A stretch of 47,057 nucleotides of DNA from Atractiella rhizophila (Eukaryota): the NCBI GenBank assembly GCA_021432655.1, contig MU271201.1, forward strand, positions 62,001-109,057, given 5' to 3'. This document shows, in pieces, positions 36,438 through 47,057 of the stretch. A program made the position numbers and the translations under genes. The notes beneath the pieces are model-generated. The model searched no databases, was not told the origin of the DNA, and saw only the letters and a list, made by a program, of their open reading frames with translations. The first letter of the stretch is position 1; each line of letters begins with the position of its first letter.

Positions 36438-37791
36438 TTAGAAGTAAGCAGGATCTCCATTGCCGGGGTCCCTGCTGCTCCTCATCCTTCCCTCCTGATA
36501 AGCCTTCTCCTGCTGTCTAGTCGCGCTCCTCAACCTGACCATCAACAAACAAACCGAGCAAAACCAACCGTCAACGAAAGTTCCACCAAAGTTCTTGAGA
36601 GATTGAGAGAGAGATTTATCTTCCAGCGAAGAAAAAATGAATCGAGCGAAATCGGACCGAAACCACTTACTGTCTGTCAGAGCTAGGCACTCCACCCATA
36701 TCGTCCGTCTGGAGAACCTTCCTCCTGGGCTGAGTAGCCTTATGAGCGGACTGCTGTTCCTGCTGCTTCACCTCTTCCGCCGACCTCTGGATGCTCCAAT
36801 CGAAGACGTAATCGTATTGAAATCCATCCCTGACAAAGAGGTCACGGAAGAGCTTGCGAAGGTAAGAGTAGTCGGGCTTGTCATCGAACCTGAGGGATCG
36901 ACAATAGTTCAGATAGATGGCGAATTCGTTGGGGAAGCCTCGGCAAAGGAACTCGGTGGGAGTGGTCATCTTCTTCTCCATGATCCTGTCATACTTCTGC
37001 TTCTTCGTGGCAGCCTTCAATCCCTGCCATGGGAGCGAGCCTCGGAGGAAATACATCAAGACGTAACCGAGAGACTCCATATCGTCCCTTCGAGATTGTT
37101 CTTTACCCAGACCAAAACATCTCCATACCGCTTTCAAGGGACAGGAAGAGGTACGTACCGACACCCAAATGCGTGTTAATAGAAGTATACCTCGCGGTAC
37201 CCGTCAAATTCTTATTCTCCCTATAAGGAATATGAAGATGGGTCTTCGGGTCCCTGTACTTCTTAGCGAGACCGAAATCAATGACGTTAACCTGATTTCC
37301 TCGCTTGCCGATACCCATTAAGAAATTGTCGGGCTTGATGTCACGATGGATGAAGTTCCTAGAGTGGACGTATTCGATCCGAGAGATCAGTTGGTCGGCG
37401 AGGAGAAGGACGGTCTTGAGACTGAATTTACGGTTGCAAAAGTTGAAGAGATCTTCGAGGGAGGGACCGAGAAGGTCAATCACCATCGCGTTGTAGTCGC
37501 ATTCAATGCCGAACCACCTGTCCCACATCATCAATCCCAGTTCGCGCTCTACCAATCAAGATGAGGCAGAAAGTCGTAAACAAACCTTACGAAAGGAACT
37601 CCAACGCCGCCAGCGAGAGTTTTGTATACCTTAGCCTCATACTCCAACTGAGGGTGTTTAGCCTTGATCGATTCGAGTTTGATAGCGACTTCTTCTCCAC
37701 TGATGATGTTGACGCCGAGGTAGATATCACCGAAACTACCACTCCCGATCTTCTTTCCGATCCTATACTTGCCTCCAACCCGGAGATCCAT
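36438..37791 (-). CDS. HRR25: Casein kinase I (Hrr25/Hhp1, CK1 delta-like)
   Basis: [83 protein letters not shown] and LPWQGLK; three introns. Confidence 0.95.
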
Positions 37792-39740
37792 TGGGTTCGC
37801 TGATGTGGAAGACGTCTTGATTGATTTGGTGGGGGGAAGGTGCACTGCACGGTGGCGAATGTGATAAGAAAGCAGTCAGCAATCGTCGGTCTTTAAACAT
37901 TTATGGGTAGACACGGCAACAATTGGTCATGCATGCATGCGAAATTTGCAGACAAGTCTTAATCATGCATAACGCACCGACTCCGGAGCGCGGCCCTAGA
38001 ACGTCACACCGACACCGATATTCCACGCTTGATGGGGACCATCGTCATCGGCTGGGTTGTATGACACATCCATCTGATGCGAGAGCAATGGAAGGACGTG
38101 CACACTATAATGAATGCGGTCACTGAGTTTTCGTCCGTCCCACTCCAGCTCACATCATCAAATGCATGCAACATGCGTCGGACATCCGATCTGTCTCCAG
38201 TTCCACTTGCACCCACCGGTTATCACATCACGACACCATCATCAGCATCAGCCGGTCAAAACTCTCAGAATCCCAGCTATGAGGCGAGAAAAAGCAACGT
38301 GGAGGGGAATCTAGACATTCATGTCTTCTGAACCTAGTTGGATGGTAACAAAAGTACAAAGAGAGCGGTTAAATATCGTCTCTTTGCGCAGAGCACGCCG
38401 ACATTGTCATCTTTCATGTTGATTGTAAGAAATGAAAGGAAAAGAGGAAAATCAAAAACATCGCAACCCCTTTGTCTTCCAGCTCCAAGATGAAAACCGC
38501 TAGAAAAAGACTGACCGTTTGCTAGCGGTTGGGCCCAGAGGGAAATGTATCGCGCGAGGGGTAAGTCGAGCTGCTCGTTCGTCGAAGCCAATAAAAATCG
38601 GCGGGGTGTGATGGATTGGATCCAGAAGTAGGAGGTCGTTCCGAGGAGTAAGATGATGGTGTGACGGTGGCGGTTCCGTTTCCAATGTTCGATTGGCAGT
38701 CAACGATTCGACAGAGCAAGAATATGATACGATGTGGAGTTTCAGAGTAGGAAAGAGAAACAATCAGTAAAGCCCCTTGCATACACCCGTTTGGAACGGC
38801 ATAAAGGGACAAGGATAAATTCTCACCTGAGAAATCTAGACTTAGTTTGCTAGGGCTGTTGTGCTGGTGCTAGGGTGAGAGCAAGGTAGGCTGAGTTGTG
38901 AGTGGCTGCTGAGGAGACGGGTGAAGTGGTCGTCTTTCTTTGAGTTGAGCTTCCGAAACGAAGGAAGGTCACACAGAGACAGTGGTGCGGTGCGGTACCA
39001 GTCACACCCGAACCTTAAAACATCGTCCTGGAATTGGATCCTGATGGGATCACTGGATCATGGCATTGGGCTGGGTATTAGGTCAAAGTGCTTTAGTGAC
39101 GTCTGTGTTTGTCGACATAGGGGCACAGAGAGAGGCTGAAGCGTTGTTGGGTGGTAACCGTCATATTCTGGTGCGTTGATGCTGTAAATACAGGTACACA
39201 ATGCCTTTTGGCCTCACAAAAGCCGTCTTCATCTTTGTCCTACTTTTGAACAGTGAATAGTGATAGGTCGAACCGTCGCTTATCTGCCTTCCCCAGATTT
39301 GTTCTTCCTTCCTGCTCTCGTATGATTACCAACCGAAGGCAATCTTCGTGCAACCTTTTTCCATGAGATGGATGTGCTGAAGACGATGACAGACGACGTC
39401 GCTTCCTTTCTATTCAGCATGAGACAGCGTCGCAAAGAGGAGAACGTGACGCGCGCGTTCTTTAGCCGCCTCTTGACTTATTCTTCCAACATGATCATTA
39501 TTCGTTCTTATTAGCTGAAGATTCTTTCACGCTCCGAGGACAGATAAATTTAGCTTGAAACATTGCCACTCGCTAGAACTTTTTCAATCAGCAGGACACT
39601 TTCGCAATGTCAAAGAAAATGCATAGCAGACGCAACAGTGAAGCTTATCATGCACACTGAGAAACTGTCCTTCATGATGATCCCAGAGAGGATCTAGATT
39701 TTCTTCCGAGAATCAACTACAAGAAATAAAATCGATATTC

Positions 39741-40187
39741 CTACTTTGTGTCTTGTGTCGAAACAACAGCCATACATTCAAACTCGACCAGATACCTCTC
39801 CTCGCTCATCCCAAAAACTCTCAGAAAACAAGCAGCAGGTCGATGACCCTCCAACCACTCCGCCACCTTCCCTCCAACCAGTCTAAGCGCCGTACCTTCT
39901 CCTCCATCCTTATCTAATTCCTCAATCCCTCGTTGCGAAAGATAATACATAAACCTCGTGACGTCCCCCTTCTTCGCTCCTGCATGCTCAAGACAGCTTG
40001 ACAGTCGAGAGAGGCAGATGTCCACCTGTCCAGAGAGCGTCGAAGGCACTTCTCCACTCGTGGGGTCTTGCCCAATCTGCCCAGCGACGGTGACTAGTTT
40101 GGTGGTGGGGGATAGGGCGGCGATGTTGACGCAAGCGTAGAGAGGATGAGGTTTGAAAGATGGTGGATCGGTGGATTCGACAGACAT
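39741..40187 (-). CDS. RidA/YjgF/UK114 family protein
   Basis: Single ORF with VTVAGQIGQDP, QVDICLSRLSSCLEHAG, HRPAA and YLVEFECMAVV. Confidence 0.82.
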   Translation of the reverse strand: MSVESTDPPSFKPHPLYACVNIAALSPTTKLVTVAGQIGQDPTSGEVPSTLSGQVDICLSRLSSCLEHAGAKKGDVTRFMYYLSQRGIEELDKDGGEGTALRLVGGKVAEWLEGHRPAACFLRVFGMSEERYLVEFECMAVVSTQDTK

Positions 40188-40976
40188 GGTTCGTGCTTTC
40201 GTTCTTTATTCAGTTTACTGTATGAGCATTCGGCTGCAGCGGTGATAGATGAAGCTTATGTTTTGGATCTTGGATTAAGACCTAGGGGATTAGGGTGTGG
40301 GTGACATCAGCAGACCTTTTATAGGCACCACCTCCCTCCTCGTCCTGTGCGCGGAGTTGTTCATCCGGGTTCGATTTGACCTTGAGGTAGATGAGGTAAT
40401 TCACTTTGTGGCATTGAATTATGACGCTCTGTCAGGATTCACGATCTCATGCGCTTCAGTTTACTACTCAGAGGAAATACATCTTTGCCTTTCTTTTGCC
40501 TGATACTCGAAGTTTCCAGTCAGAGCACCTCATACTTCATCCATTGGTCGTGGTCTCGCCTTGGGTTGCACAAGACAGTTGTTTATCATGTCCTGGGATG
40601 GTGCCCATTGTATTCAGGACGCAGTATGGCACGCTATATCCCCTGTTATCATGCCCGGCTCGGCGGGACAAGGAACTCGCTTTCTTCTAGTCATCCTCCA
40701 TGAGTTGGGGAGTTTGTATTGAGCGTCACAATGGATACAGTAAAACACGTAGCTAATTTTGCTCGTGCTCGCTGCCTCCGTGTGCTTCCATGAAATATCA
40801 ACATCTTAGCCGTTGCTCATGGAGCCTTGTGCCTTCACTGGGTACAAATCACATTGCTGTTGTCTACTTCCATCCATGCAATATTTCAATGGGGAAATGT
40901 GTTGATGCATTCAATCGCTATTGAGGTCTGGGATGGCGACTTAAATCCCTAGTTTGATTACATGTTAAAACATCAT

Positions 40977-42010
40977 TTATTTCTTAACAGTCAGACAGCT
41001 GTCAATCCCGATGTTCCTATTGAATTCTCTCTTCAATCTGTCTTGCAGTCTGCCGACTACTTCACAACCATCATCGATCGGGTCCACATACGCCCTGAAT
41101 GGTCGCGATCCTTTCTCCATGTTGATTACCCTGACGAGCGCGCGTCCCACTTCCTCCGGATCTGCCCAATCAGGCTCTATTGCCTTCATCCCTTTCAGCA
41201 TGCGCTCAATGGAACCTTCATAGGGTCCCCCAGCCTTCATGTACTCATCCATAATGTCTTTGTTGGACGGATGGCCCGAGGTAGTGAAATGATTTGTCCC
41301 TTTCGTAAATGCGCCAGGGACAATAATCGCAGTGCCGATGCCCCATTGTGTGAGCTCCATGGAGTATGAGACAGCAAGCGAGTCCATCGCTGCTTTCGCG
41401 GCTACACGTAGTTCGGGTAACAGGCGTTATTTCTGTTGTTCTGGAGCAAGAACTTTAGCAACGCACCAAAATAAGGTCCAAGCCAAGGCGTCATTCCACC
41501 TTTTGAGGAGCTCGAAGATATCCACGCCAACAGGCCGTCCTTTCTAGCCCTCATATGCGGAAGAACGAAGCGGTTGAGGCGGTGGGTGCCGATGGCGTTC
41601 ACTTCGAAATAATGCGCCAGATCTCCCGTTGTGAAAGCCTCAGTAGGACCAAGGCACATGTGACCCGCTACATTATCTATTAACTCATGTCTTGTCAATT
41701 AGAGGCAACACGGACCATTGTGCACCAACACATCAATCTTTCCGCCATCCTTTAATACCGTTTCCACCCCTTTTTGACAGCTAGCTTCACTTGTCACGTC
41801 AATTTCTACCGTCTTCACCGTGCCTTTCCCTCCTTCATGAGACAAAGTATCAGAGAACTTCTTGTACTCCTCAACCACCGTCTTATTATTCCCTTCTACG
41901 TCGAGCATGGAAGCGTACACGGTGTGTCCAGAGCGAGCCAGGAGCCGTGCGGCCATGGCACCAAAACCAGATGAGGCACCTGTGATGAGAATGTTGAGGG
42001 CTTTGGACAT
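40977..42010 (-). CDS. Short-chain dehydrogenase/reductase (3 exons)
   Basis: ILITGASSGFG (TGxxxGxG), DVLVHN|AG, EVNAIG, catalytic PYF|AAKAA (YxxxK) and IVPGAF. Confidence 0.9.
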
Positions 42011-42429
42011 GATGAAATTGAGGTCTGGGAGGAACCTTTGTCCTGCTTTGGATGGCGGTCATTTTATGTATTTCTGATGCAAGGGTATGCTCCCCCCTCT
42101 CGACGCTCAGAGTCGGCCACAACCTATAGCTCCGATTCAAACCGACCACAGGAAGAGGGACAAAGGGGTTATTGTTGGAAGAAGTGGAGCATGCCGCCGG
42201 AGGAGACGGCGTTTCGTTGATGAATTTTTGCTTGAGCAGACCTCACGAAAATAACATGCTGCTCAGCTGGGCGCGGATCATGAGTTATAACAATCCAACA
42301 TCCCGATCCATTTCATCCGTACACAACTTTACTACTGTTTGCATCGTGGAGTTTCCCTTCTTACACAAATTCCGTTGTTTTGATTTTTGCACAACTCCTT
42401 TTCTCCCTTTGGGATGTTAAGTCAGGCAT

Positions 42430-45216
42430 TTAACAAACTCCTACTCTCAGTATGAGCACAACGCATCAAGCAAATGGACTAAGTGCCACGCACCATGAGT
42501 CTTTCCAGTCGTGCCTTGCAGAGAGTGGCCCTCCTGGAATCGGTGTTTTTGACTATTGGCGGCAAAAGCCTTGAACCTGTTCACGGCTTCGCGGACTGTC
42601 TTTGTGCTGTCGAAGACGACTTGAGGAAGTGCGTCAAGCACTTGGATCTGATCGATCTGTTAATAATTGTTATTGTGTCAGCGAAGAGAGACTCACAACA
42701 CTGTTCAGATCGCGGAGGAATGTCTCGCATCGTGAGCGAGAGAAATCTTCACGAACGACAACACGCAGAAGCTTGGTGTGTTGGACCTTGGGAGCCATGG
42801 TGTAGCTATCCAACGACAATGTCAGGGCATTTCCATCTACAAGAAATAAATAAATGATTTGCATACGCGGGCACGATCCAACCCCTGCTTCTCAACCTCC
42901 TCGCAATTTCGAATTCGTCGTACTTTTCCTTTTTCTTCAGTCTCCAAGCCACCAGAGGTAGGCCACCCCCCTTGCACTTCTGACATAAGGACAAATTTCT
43001 CGCCACCGTCGATGGCTAAGATTTGTTCAGCCAGATAGTCCGAGGTGCGAACGAGGTTCTCCATGATGGCTTTGTACCTGTTTACCAGTACCATCCATGT
43101 TAAATACGCAAGAGGGCAGATGTAACTGCATACCCTGCTTTGCCTAAGCGGAGGAACTGGTAATACTGTCCTATCACCTGTACGGCACTCTTCGAGAAGT
43201 TGAGTGTAAACGAGACTTGAGGGCTCCCTGTAACTCGCCAGATTAGCAGCATTCCATCAATGGGAAGAAGAGTGCAGACCGAGATAATTGATGGTGAAAA
43301 GAATATCTTCAGGCAAGAAGCTCCTATCTCTCCAGATGACCCAACCAACACCGGCATACGCCTATAAGTCGTCAAATCAATACTTTTTGTTTATTTTCGA
43401 AGGATGCCCACGAGTCCATATTTATGGCCAGACACGTTGATACTGCCCACGAGGGGAAGGCGGAAGTCCCATTTGAGTTGAGGATTGATGAAAGGGGCGA
43501 CGAAACCGCCTTCAAGATGCAATTTGTCAGCTGGCATATCAAGCAAAAGTTAAGCAAACCTGAAGCAGCATCGACATGAATGTGCACTTTGTATTCTAAC
43601 TCCTTGTTCTTCTCCTCCAGCAAGTCGTTAAGAGCCGCCACATTCTCATACTGACCAGTGTACGTAGTTCCTATCCCAGCACATTTCAGATTCAAATTTG
43701 ACAGAACATCGCTGAAGAGGACAGACGAACCGAGAATAGCAACAACCATAATGGTATTTTCGTCGACCAAATCCACCATTTCCTTAGGATCAAATACGTA
43801 TTGCTCATCCTTGCAGTACCAGAACTTTTCTTCGACTTCCAAGTACCTCGCCGCTTTCTCCAGACACACTTGGACAGCAGCGTTCATAACGATATTGGGA
43901 CGCTCAGTGCTCTTCCCTGCAGCCCTCCGAGCGTGCTGCCACTTCCGTTTGGCGGCGAGAACAGAGAGGATAATGGCTTCGGAAGAACCTGTCCGAGCCC
44001 CAATAAATCATGCCTGGTTTCGGGAGGCATATGACAGGGAAACATACCGATGGTCGACACTCCAACGGCTTCTGAGTTCGCATCGTGCAATGGCGCGTTG
44101 AAGAGACGAGCGATCATGTTGACACATCGAGTCTCGATCTCTCCACAAGCTGGGTATTCTTCGATATCACTGTGCACAATCAAGAATGTCAGATTTCAAA
44201 GTAACAGTTGCATTTTTCAAGGACGCGGTATGGAAATTCCCAGAGGAAAACAATCCAAGAGCGTGTTGCGCCAGTCATGTTAAAGTCGGTCCTGATTTCC
44301 CTTGTAACCACATTTATCCGTTCAAGTGTATCGCGCGCTAGAAAGACAGGAATATGACAACTTCTGAGCCGAATAAATGTCACAAGCAAAATGTTCATTC
44401 ATTGTCTCCTCTCCTTTAAAGACGTTGCTTGAGATCAATTCAGAATGATGTATCCAGCAAAATATACAAAAATGAGAAGGAATATTTTGATGAGGCGGTT
44501 TTGACTACCATCCCAGTCACGAATACCAATACCAGCTTCATCAGTAGTCTGTACGCCAGCACTCTCCTCCAGAGACAGTGATCTCAGCAACGGACGTGCC
44601 GTCCTCAGGACGGTCAATCATCCGTGGAAGTAACTTTCTCTCTCTAAGTTACAGTAGGCTATGAGAACGGCAGATTCATTCATTGATAACAACGCGGACT
44701 TCGGTTCCTCATCCAACCATCACGCGCTCGTTCATAAACGCGTCCAAAACTTTGAATATGAGCATGTAGGAAAGGGAAAAGATGGAGATAGGAGGTGATG
44801 GGAAGAAATGGACAAACATGAAGTTCTTGCTGAGATTCTGCATCATCAAATGTTCTGCCTCCTCCTCCATCTATCATCCATCCATCCAGCGCATCGAAAT
44901 TGCAATCCAATCCAGCATAGACAACAAATTCGAGACGATCAGCATCTCCATCAGATCTGATCACAGCAGAAAGGGACAAAGAACGCACGTAAGTCGTCAC
45001 GAAACTAGCCAAATTGAGCGCCGGGTTCCCATCCATCAGCAGCTCGTCGTGCACGAACCGAGCAGCCACTCTGGCTGGCATCTCTTGCTCGCCCATCTCG
45101 AACCTGGGGATGTTGCATCCTGCGAGCGCTGAGCCGTACACTGTCGTGGAGACCGACTGCTCGTGGTGGATGTCATCGGGACGGGTGATTGTTGGCACTG
45201 TTGATAGATATCCCAT
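42430..45216 (-). CDS. GAD1: Glutamate decarboxylase, PLP-dependent, multi-exon
   Basis: [70 protein letters not shown] (PLP lysine), [26 protein letters not shown] and C-terminal KTHG|VC*. Confidence 0.95.
44170..44817 (-). other. 648-nt structured spliceosomal intron in GAD
   Basis: GTTTGT donor, TCTGAC branch and CAG acceptor; splicing restores KNFI-DIEEYP. Perfect 8-bp and 7-bp end-to-end stems. Confidence 0.85.
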
Positions 45217-45531
45217 GCTTGCTACTTACAGGACAATATTGAGGAAAATTGGTGTTGATTTCTGATTGGAATACAGATGATCAATGTGCTGAGGGGAACA
45301 CACGTTGATGAAGATGAAGATTGCTTTTGAAGGGACGGGCGGCTATTTTAAGGTGCTCCTTTAAATTGACGTAACCTAAGATTCTGCCCAAGTCCTAACC
45401 CTACTTCTCGCTGAACAACAACCACCACTTTTGCTCACAGCCTATTATCAGCGTGTCTGGCCCGTATTTCTTGCTTATTTCTTGCTTATATCCATATCTT
45501 CCAACATTTACTATTTACTATCGGGAGAAGC

Positions 45532-46901
45532 ATGTACCCGTCCCGAAATTCGACAATCACCAGAACATACCTCCCACGATCCAGAACTGCGACCTCCTCT
45601 TCAACCGTCCCCTCGAGCTCCCCAAGCTCCAGCTCGTCCGCGTCTCTGCACAATTATGGCAGGAAAGATGAGGGATATTATGCGGCTATCAAGTTAGAAT
45701 CAGAGGAAAGGGACAGGGAAAGAAGCAGCAGTCTAAGTCCTGTCCCTTCCTCCGATGCAGAACCTGTGAAGGAAGAGGAGGTGGAAGAGGAGAAAAAAGG
45801 CGGGAAGAAAAGGAGGCTCCGTGATGCGACATCTTCTCCTACCCCAAAGAAGAAGAAAACTATGTCAGGAGATCTACGCTCTTTCTTTGCGCCGCCCTCA
45901 ACCATCTCTTCCAATACAAAATCTGCCAAATCACTCTCAAAGTCGTACTCTGCCTCCAGCCTTGCTTCTTCAGCTCTTAGGCCGTCCAAATCTGCCTCTG
46001 CGATTCCGAAAGCTGCGGATCCCAAGCCAATACTACACCAGCTGCAGTTGATGACGGACAAGCCTGTTCACATAACTTGTCCACTCTGCCAAATGTCTTA
46101 CGTCCGGACCTCCAGTCTCGACCGTGAAGCACACAACAAGTTTTGCGCGAGGTTCAGGTGTGGGATTGAATGGAAGGAAGGGACGGGTGGGAAAGTGGTT
46201 TGGGAATCGAAGGAGGGGAAGATTGTGTGCGTGGAAGGACTTGGAAAGGGGAAAGAGAAGACCAAGGTGCGTCTCTCCTGAAATCTCCCTCTCTTAGATC
46301 GTGAGGGTGATGGCACCCTTGATTCTCGGTGGTGGCAGCTCCAAGCCATGTTAGAACTGGTGGAACACGCCCTCAACTCATCTCCGCTAAGCTCTGAGAC
46401 AATGAAGGAGTCGAAGAGCTACATATACGTCGATTTCGCGAGCCAAAAAGCCGTAGGGATTTGTCTGGCACACCGTATTACACAATGCTATCGTGTTCTT
46501 CCTCCGATTCCTCTCCACCTCCTCAAACCACCACCTCTCTAGACTCCTCCTCCTCCCTCCCTTCCTCCTCAGCACAATCACAATCACAACAAACCGAGAT
46601 ATCCACGGCATCCCCGCCCCCCGCTCCAATGCAACTCGACCCCTCGTCTCCCCTCCTCTTCTCCCCCACACCCACCCCTTCCCTCCTCGGCATCTCCCGC
46701 CTCCTCATCCTCCCCCCCTTCCGACGCCGTGGACTAGCGAGCCGCCTCCTGGATGCAACGGCAGACAATTTCATTTATAATTTCCCGTTGAGGACGAAGG
46801 AGGAGAGGAGGAGACATGTTGCTTGGACCCAGCCGAGTTCAGAGGGAGAGAGGACGGCGAACTCCGTATTCGTTCGATATACAAGAAAGGACGACTCGTA
46901 G
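45532..46901 (+). CDS. ECO1: Cohesin acetyltransferase Eco1/Ctf7
   Basis: PIP-box-like GDLRSFF, zinc finger CPLCQMSYVRTSSLDREAHNKFC, and acetyltransferase region LGISRL..RRRGLASRLLD..FIYN..VAWTQPSSEG. One intron at ~46267-46339 and a frame change near 46495. Confidence 0.85.
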
Positions 46902-47057
46902 TGTTCGTAGTGTTAGGGAACCGACGTTTATTCTAGAGTCTTATACGTTCTTGTAGCTAATACGTGTGCTGGTGAGGTGTGGTCGAGTAGGCGGGTGATA
47001 AGCAACTTGTGAGGGGTGGGCAGAGGAAGCGGGAGGGTGAGTGGTTTGGTTGAGGTC

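Noticed and set aside
44490..44545. CTGATGA (hammerhead core or snoRNA box-like) on the GAD sense strand
   Set aside because: No stem II followed by GAAA and no convincing C/D box pair with a terminal stem.
39741..45216. RidA + SDR + GAD as a metabolic gene cluster; also ICL1 next to the Snf1 beta subunit
   Set aside because: No backbone enzyme or shared motif seen; adjacency alone is not evidence without synteny data.

Overview
Gene-dense, intron-rich fungal nuclear DNA. The ~45-70 nt GT-AG introns, micro-exons and the style of the proteins point to a basidiomycete; the taxon is inferred, not verified. There are two N gaps (21162-21586 and 23832-24601). Recognisable genes: Pmt1-type protein O-mannosyltransferase, POP4/Rpp29, an MFS siderophore-iron transporter with SreA-type GATA sites, a decayed protein kinase, homocysteine S-methyltransferase, isocitrate lyase (-SKL), tRNA-Pro(CGG), AMPK/Snf1 beta subunit, a head-to-head pair of paralogous Zn2Cys6 factors, casein kinase I, a RidA protein, an SDR, glutamate decarboxylase and Eco1. 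A 2201-bp hAT transposon derivative has intact TIRs and an 8-bp TSD. The most unusual signal is a recurring class of ~470-650 nt introns, about ten times the local norm, in unrelated genes (PMT1, POP4, one Zn2Cys6 gene, GAD; probably ICL and possibly AMPK-beta, where the assembly breaks). I see no shared sequence among them. Each is densely base-paired, and its 5' and 3' ends pair so that the unpaired donor-to-acceptor path drops to about 55-90 nt. All structures were read by eye and need folding, covariation and RNA-seq tests. Several conserved genes also show single-base frameshifts, so fine details may include consensus errors.
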